From: an uncultured Acidimicrobiales bacterium
GTDB taxonomy: Bacteria > Actinomycetota > Acidimicrobiia > Acidimicrobiales > SZUA-35
Assembly (NCBI GenBank): GCA_963717115.1
Contig: CAVQVO010000017.1
Location: 1,018,133-1,082,132, forward strand
Length of the DNA: 64,000 nucleotides
Direction of reading: 5' to 3'
Part shown: one piece after another, positions 60,857 through 64,000 of the stretch
How the letters are laid out: each line of letters starts with the position of its first letter
Numbering within the stretch: the stretch's first letter is position 1
Made by a program: the position numbers and the translations under genes
The notes under the pieces: model-generated
Database searches by the model: none
Told to the model about the DNA's origin: nothing
The model's input: only the letters and a program-made list of their open reading frames with translations

Positions 60857-62959
60857 ATGGACATCGATCACACTGCACTGGCCCGGCTGGGCCGATGGTC
60901 GCACCGATCCCGACGGCTCGTCATCGTCACGTGGGCCGTGTTCGCCATCGGCCTCGGCGTCTTCGCCCCGGCCCTCGAACATGCGCTGTCGGGGGCGATG
61001 TGGGAGGTCAACGGGAGCGATTCGCTGGCCGCACGAGAGGTCATCGACGAGCAGTTCGGTGGCCTGTCGTCGCAGTCGGCGGTGATCGTGATCCACAGCG
61101 ACTCCCTCGCCATCGACGCCCCCGAGTTCCAGGCGGCGATCGCCGAGGCCAACGCCATCCTCGACGCCGAATCGGCGTTCGGACCCCCGATGCCGGCGCA
61201 GCCCGGGATGGACGGCCAGACCGTCATGATCCAGGCCGGTGCCATCGTCGACCCGACCGAGGCGGTCAGGGCGGCCGAACGGATCCACGACGACGTGGGC
61301 GCCCTGTCGACCGTCGACGATGGGGGAGACCTCACCGTCGCCCTGACCGGCTCGCCGGCGTTCTGGGGCGACTTCAATGCCGTCAACCGTGAGGGCATGG
61401 TCAAGGCCGAGATCCTCACCTGGCCGGTCACCGCCGTCATCCTGGTGCTCGCGTTCGGCACCCTCGCCGCCGCCGGTATCCCGCTGCTGCTCACCGCCGC
61501 CGGCCTCCTGGCCTCCATGGGCGTGCTCTACGGCATCACCCGGTTCACGGACCTGTCGATCTGGACGCTGAACTTCGCGATGATGTTCGCGCTCGCCCTC
61601 GGCATCGACTACGCCCTCTTCATCGTCACTCGCTATCGCGCCGCGCTGCACGCCCATCCCGACGATCCGCAGCATGCCATCGGCATCACGATGGACACCG
61701 CCGGCAAGGCCGTGCTGTTCTCGGGCCTGACGGTGCTGATCAGCCTCTCCGCCGTGCTCCTGGTGCCGATCCCGGCGTTCCAGTCGATGGCGGCCGGCAT
61801 GATGCTGTCCGTCGGGTTCGTGCTCTTCGCCGCCCTCACCCTGCTGCCGGCGCTGCTCGGTCCGGGCATCGACCGATTCGCCCTTCCCTGGCATCGTGTC
61901 GGTGACCACCGGAGCCCGGCCTTCGAGCGGTTCGCGGCCCGCATCGAGGCCCGTCGGGTGGTCGTTGCCGTCGCCGCCGTCGGCATCCTGCTGGCCCTGG
62001 CCACTCCGCTGCTCGGCCTGAAGACCGGGATGCCCGGTATCACCGTGCTCCCCGAGGACGAGCAGGCCCGACAGGGTTACGACCTGCTGTCGCAGGCGTT
62101 CGGGCCGGGCGGCCCCGGCCCCATCCAGATCGTCGTCCCCGCCGGGGCCGATGCCGCAGCCGTTGCCGAGCAGGTCGGGTCGACGCCGGGCATCGCCATG
62201 GCCTTCCCGCCCCAGCCGGGGGCCGAGGGAGCGTCGCTCATCCAGGCGGTCTCTGCGTACGACCCGTCGTCGCCCGAGATCATCGGGGTCATCGAGACCC
62301 TGCGAGCCGACCTGGCGTCCGACGTGTTGGTCGGCGGCCCGGTCGCCGAGAACGTCGATCTCGACGACACCCTGGGCGCCAAGGCGCCGCTGGTGATCGG
62401 CGTCGTCCTGGTGCTCGGCTTCCTGCTGCTGGTCCTCGCCCTGCAGGCGGTGATCGTGGCGGCCGTCGGTGTCGTGTTCAACCTGCTGTCGGTCGGTGCG
62501 GCCTTCGGAGTCGGGGCGCTCGCGTTCCAACACGGCTGGGCCGCCGGCCCGATGGGCTTCGAGAGCCAGGGCTACCTGACCTCGTGGGCGCCGCTCTTCT
62601 TCTTCACGCTCGTGTTCGCCATCTCGATGGACTACACGGTCTTCCTGCTGGCTTCCACCCGTGAGCACTTCGAGCGGTCCCGAGACGCCTCGGAGGCCAT
62701 CCGGGGTTCGATCGCCCACACCGGTCGGCCGATCGTCGCCGCCGCCGGCGTCATGATCGGGGTGTTCTACACCTTCGCCATCGCCGGGACGCTTCCCATG
62801 AAGGAGATGGGGCTCATCCTCGGCACCGCGGTGCTGCTCGATGCCTTCCTGATCCGGCTGGTGCTGGTGCCGGCCGTGCTGTCGATCATCGGTGAGAAGG
62901 CCTGGTGGTTGCCCCGGGCGATCGGCCGGGTGCTGCCCAAGGTGGCCTTCGCCCACTGA
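60857..62959 (+). CDS. MMPL family (RND superfamily) transporter
   Basis: 700 aa with two 6-TM bundles, each preceded by a periplasmic domain (GIDYALFIVTRY, SMDYTVFLL). RBS aaggag. Confidence 0.92.
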   Translation: MDIDHTALARLGRWSHRSRRLVIVTWAVFAIGLGVFAPALEHALSGAMWEVNGSDSLAAREVIDEQFGGLSSQSAVIVIHSDSLAIDAPEFQAAIAEANAILDAESAFGPPMPAQPGMDGQTVMIQAGAIVDPTEAVRAAERIHDDVGALSTVDDGGDLTVALTGSPAFWGDFNAVNREGMVKAEILTWPVTAVILVLAFGTLAAAGIPLLLTAAGLLASMGVLYGITRFTDLSIWTLNFAMMFALALGIDYALFIVTRYRAALHAHPDDPQHAIGITMDTAGKAVLFSGLTVLISLSAVLLVPIPAFQSMAAGMMLSVGFVLFAALTLLPALLGPGIDRFALPWHRVGDHRSPAFERFAARIEARRVVVAVAAVGILLALATPLLGLKTGMPGITVLPEDEQARQGYDLLSQAFGPGGPGPIQIVVPAGADAAAVAEQVGSTPGIAMAFPPQPGAEGASLIQAVSAYDPSSPEIIGVIETLRADLASDVLVGGPVAENVDLDDTLGAKAPLVIGVVLVLGFLLLVLALQAVIVAAVGVVFNLLSVGAAFGVGALAFQHGWAAGPMGFESQGYLTSWAPLFFFTLVFAISMDYTVFLLASTREHFERSRDASEAIRGSIAHTGRPIVAAAGVMIGVFYTFAIAGTLPMKEMGLILGTAVLLDAFLIRLVLVPAVLSIIGEKAWWLPRAIGRVLPKVAFAH

Positions 62960-63016
62960 TCCTCGCTACGTTCCTCCGGTCGGGTCGGTCGGTCCGGACC
63001 GACCGGAGGAACTCCC

Positions 63017-63899
63017 ATGCGCATCAGTGCCGCCGGCATGTTCGGCAACAGTCCACGCCGTGACCTCGGCTTCATCCGGGCCTATGCCCAGACGTTGGAG
63101 GATCTCGGATTCCATGCGCTCCACGTGCCCGAGCACGTGGTGTTCTTCGCGTCGTACGAGTCGAAGTATCCGTACAGCGAGGACGGCTCGGCCAACTGGA
63201 GCCCCGACACCGGCCTGTTCGATCCGCTCTTCGTGGTGCAGGCGGCATCGGCGGCGACGACGTCGCTGCGCTTCTGCACCGGCGTGCTGATCCTGCCCCA
63301 GCGCCCGGCGTTGTTGACCGCCAAGGAGGTGCTCTCGCTCGACCACCTGACCGGTGGTCGGTTCGAGCTCGGCGTCGGGGCCGGGTGGTCGTGGGAGGAG
63401 TACGCCGCCCTCGGTGTGCCCTTCGCCCGCCGAGGCCGGCGCTTCGACGAGTACATCGAGGCGATTCGGGTGGCCTGGACCCAGGACCGGGCGAGCTACC
63501 GGGGCGAGTTCGTGGCGTTCGACGACGTCGTGCTCAACCCGAAGCCCCTGACGCCCGGAGGGCCGCCGATCATCATCGGCGGCGACTCCGAGGCGGCCAT
63601 GCGTCGGGCCGCCCGGCTGGGTGACGGCTGGTACGGGTGGTGGGCCCGTGGCGATCTCGCCATCCACCTCGACCGGCTGCGGTCGATCCTCGAGCGAGGC
63701 CGGCCGCTCGGTCGACGACGAGGACTTCAGTCTCAAACTCGGACTGCCGCTGGCCGACGAGTCGGTCGACGAGTTCGCCGCCAAGGTCGCAACGGCGCGA
63801 TCACTGGGAGTCGACGAACTCGTGATCGGCGGTCTCGTGCCGGCTTCGACGTTCGAGACGGTCCTGGCCGGCTACGCCGAGGTCTGTGGCCTGACCTGA
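63017..63899 (+). pseudogene. Luciferase-like (LLM class) F420-dependent oxidoreductase, frame broken once (+1) as assembled
   Basis: From ATG 63017 (RBS ggagga): GFHALHVPEH, LDHLTGGRFELGVGAGW and RLGDGWYGW. This frame has no stop before the window end, so it is absent from the ORF track. The conserved C-terminus (AGRSVDDEDFSLKL...ELVIGG) is in ORF 63621..63899. The junction is near 63690-63702. Length is 883 nt = 3n+1. Confidence 0.82.
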
Positions 63900-63948
63900 C
63901 CGGGCGATCGATGATCGGACGCAGTCGCCGGGTCGCCGGGTCGAGGCG

Positions 63949-64000
63949 TCACCCGGTCCGGTCGCGGAGGTCCTGCAGGGCCGTCCGTTCCCCCGGGGTC
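63949..64000 (-). CDS. 3' end of an unidentified minus-strand CDS (partial, runs off the window end)
   Basis: Open frame ending ...LQDLRDRTG, with the stop at 63949-63951 (tca). Too short to name. Confidence 0.3.
   Translation of the reverse strand, partial: TPGERTALQDLRDRTG

Overview
This is a very GC-rich, gene-dense chromosomal window with an actinobacterial look. The gene order matches my memory of the conserved Mycobacterium Rv3240c-Rv3268 neighbourhood: an LCP protein, nucleotide-sugar and glycosyltransferase genes, cofD/cofE, pmm-manA-SIS-ahcY, and comF-hpf-secA followed by prfB-ftsE-ftsX. I chose coding strands by recognisable protein motifs and by G/C-rich third codon positions. Most of the long mirror-image ORFs in the track are antisense artefacts of the high GC content. 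I recognised no rRNA, tRNA, CRISPR array, transposase, integrase, prophage or known defence genes.

Content by region:
- 0-22 kb: cell-envelope polysaccharide genes (LCP, ugd, uxs, three GT4 genes, manC, gmd, rmd, and a 1065-aa GT2-membrane fusion with two conserved partner proteins), a DUF3516-type helicase, and F420 genes (cofE, cofD).
- 22-41.8 kb: housekeeping genes (ftsH, a CPBP protease, a large membrane protein, pmm, manA, Trm112, a SIS isomerase, an SDR, ahcY, comF, hpf, secA, prfB, ftsE, ftsX).
- 41.8-64 kb: more accessory-looking genes (azlCD, ferredoxin plus P450, TauE, a crotonase, an acyl-CoA dehydrogenase, an epoxide hydrolase, a dienelactone hydrolase, a GtrA-GT2/HTTM-like membrane operon, a NitT/TauT-type ABC importer, a VOC protein, an LPXTG surface protein, SufE, ArsR plus MMPL, and an F420-type LLM oxidoreductase).

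Three signals are not explained by ordinary annotation:
1. Nine reading-frame breaks in seven otherwise well-conserved genes, including ftsH, pmm and manA. Every break needs the same +1 correction. Assembly insertion errors are the most likely cause, but one break sits in a poly-C tract of a surface-protein repeat and could be genuine phase variation.
2. Five unrelated tandem-repeat arrays with units of 17, 22, 23, 27 and 68/69 bp. Four of them sit exactly at gene ends.
3. Two uncharacterised envelope modules: GtrA-GT2 with a small membrane protein, an HTTM-like protein and a tail-anchored protein; and the large GT2 with a DUF5719-like protein and a membrane thioredoxin-like protein.

I found no clear, self-contained novel system. 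All family names come from motif recognition by eye, not from searches.
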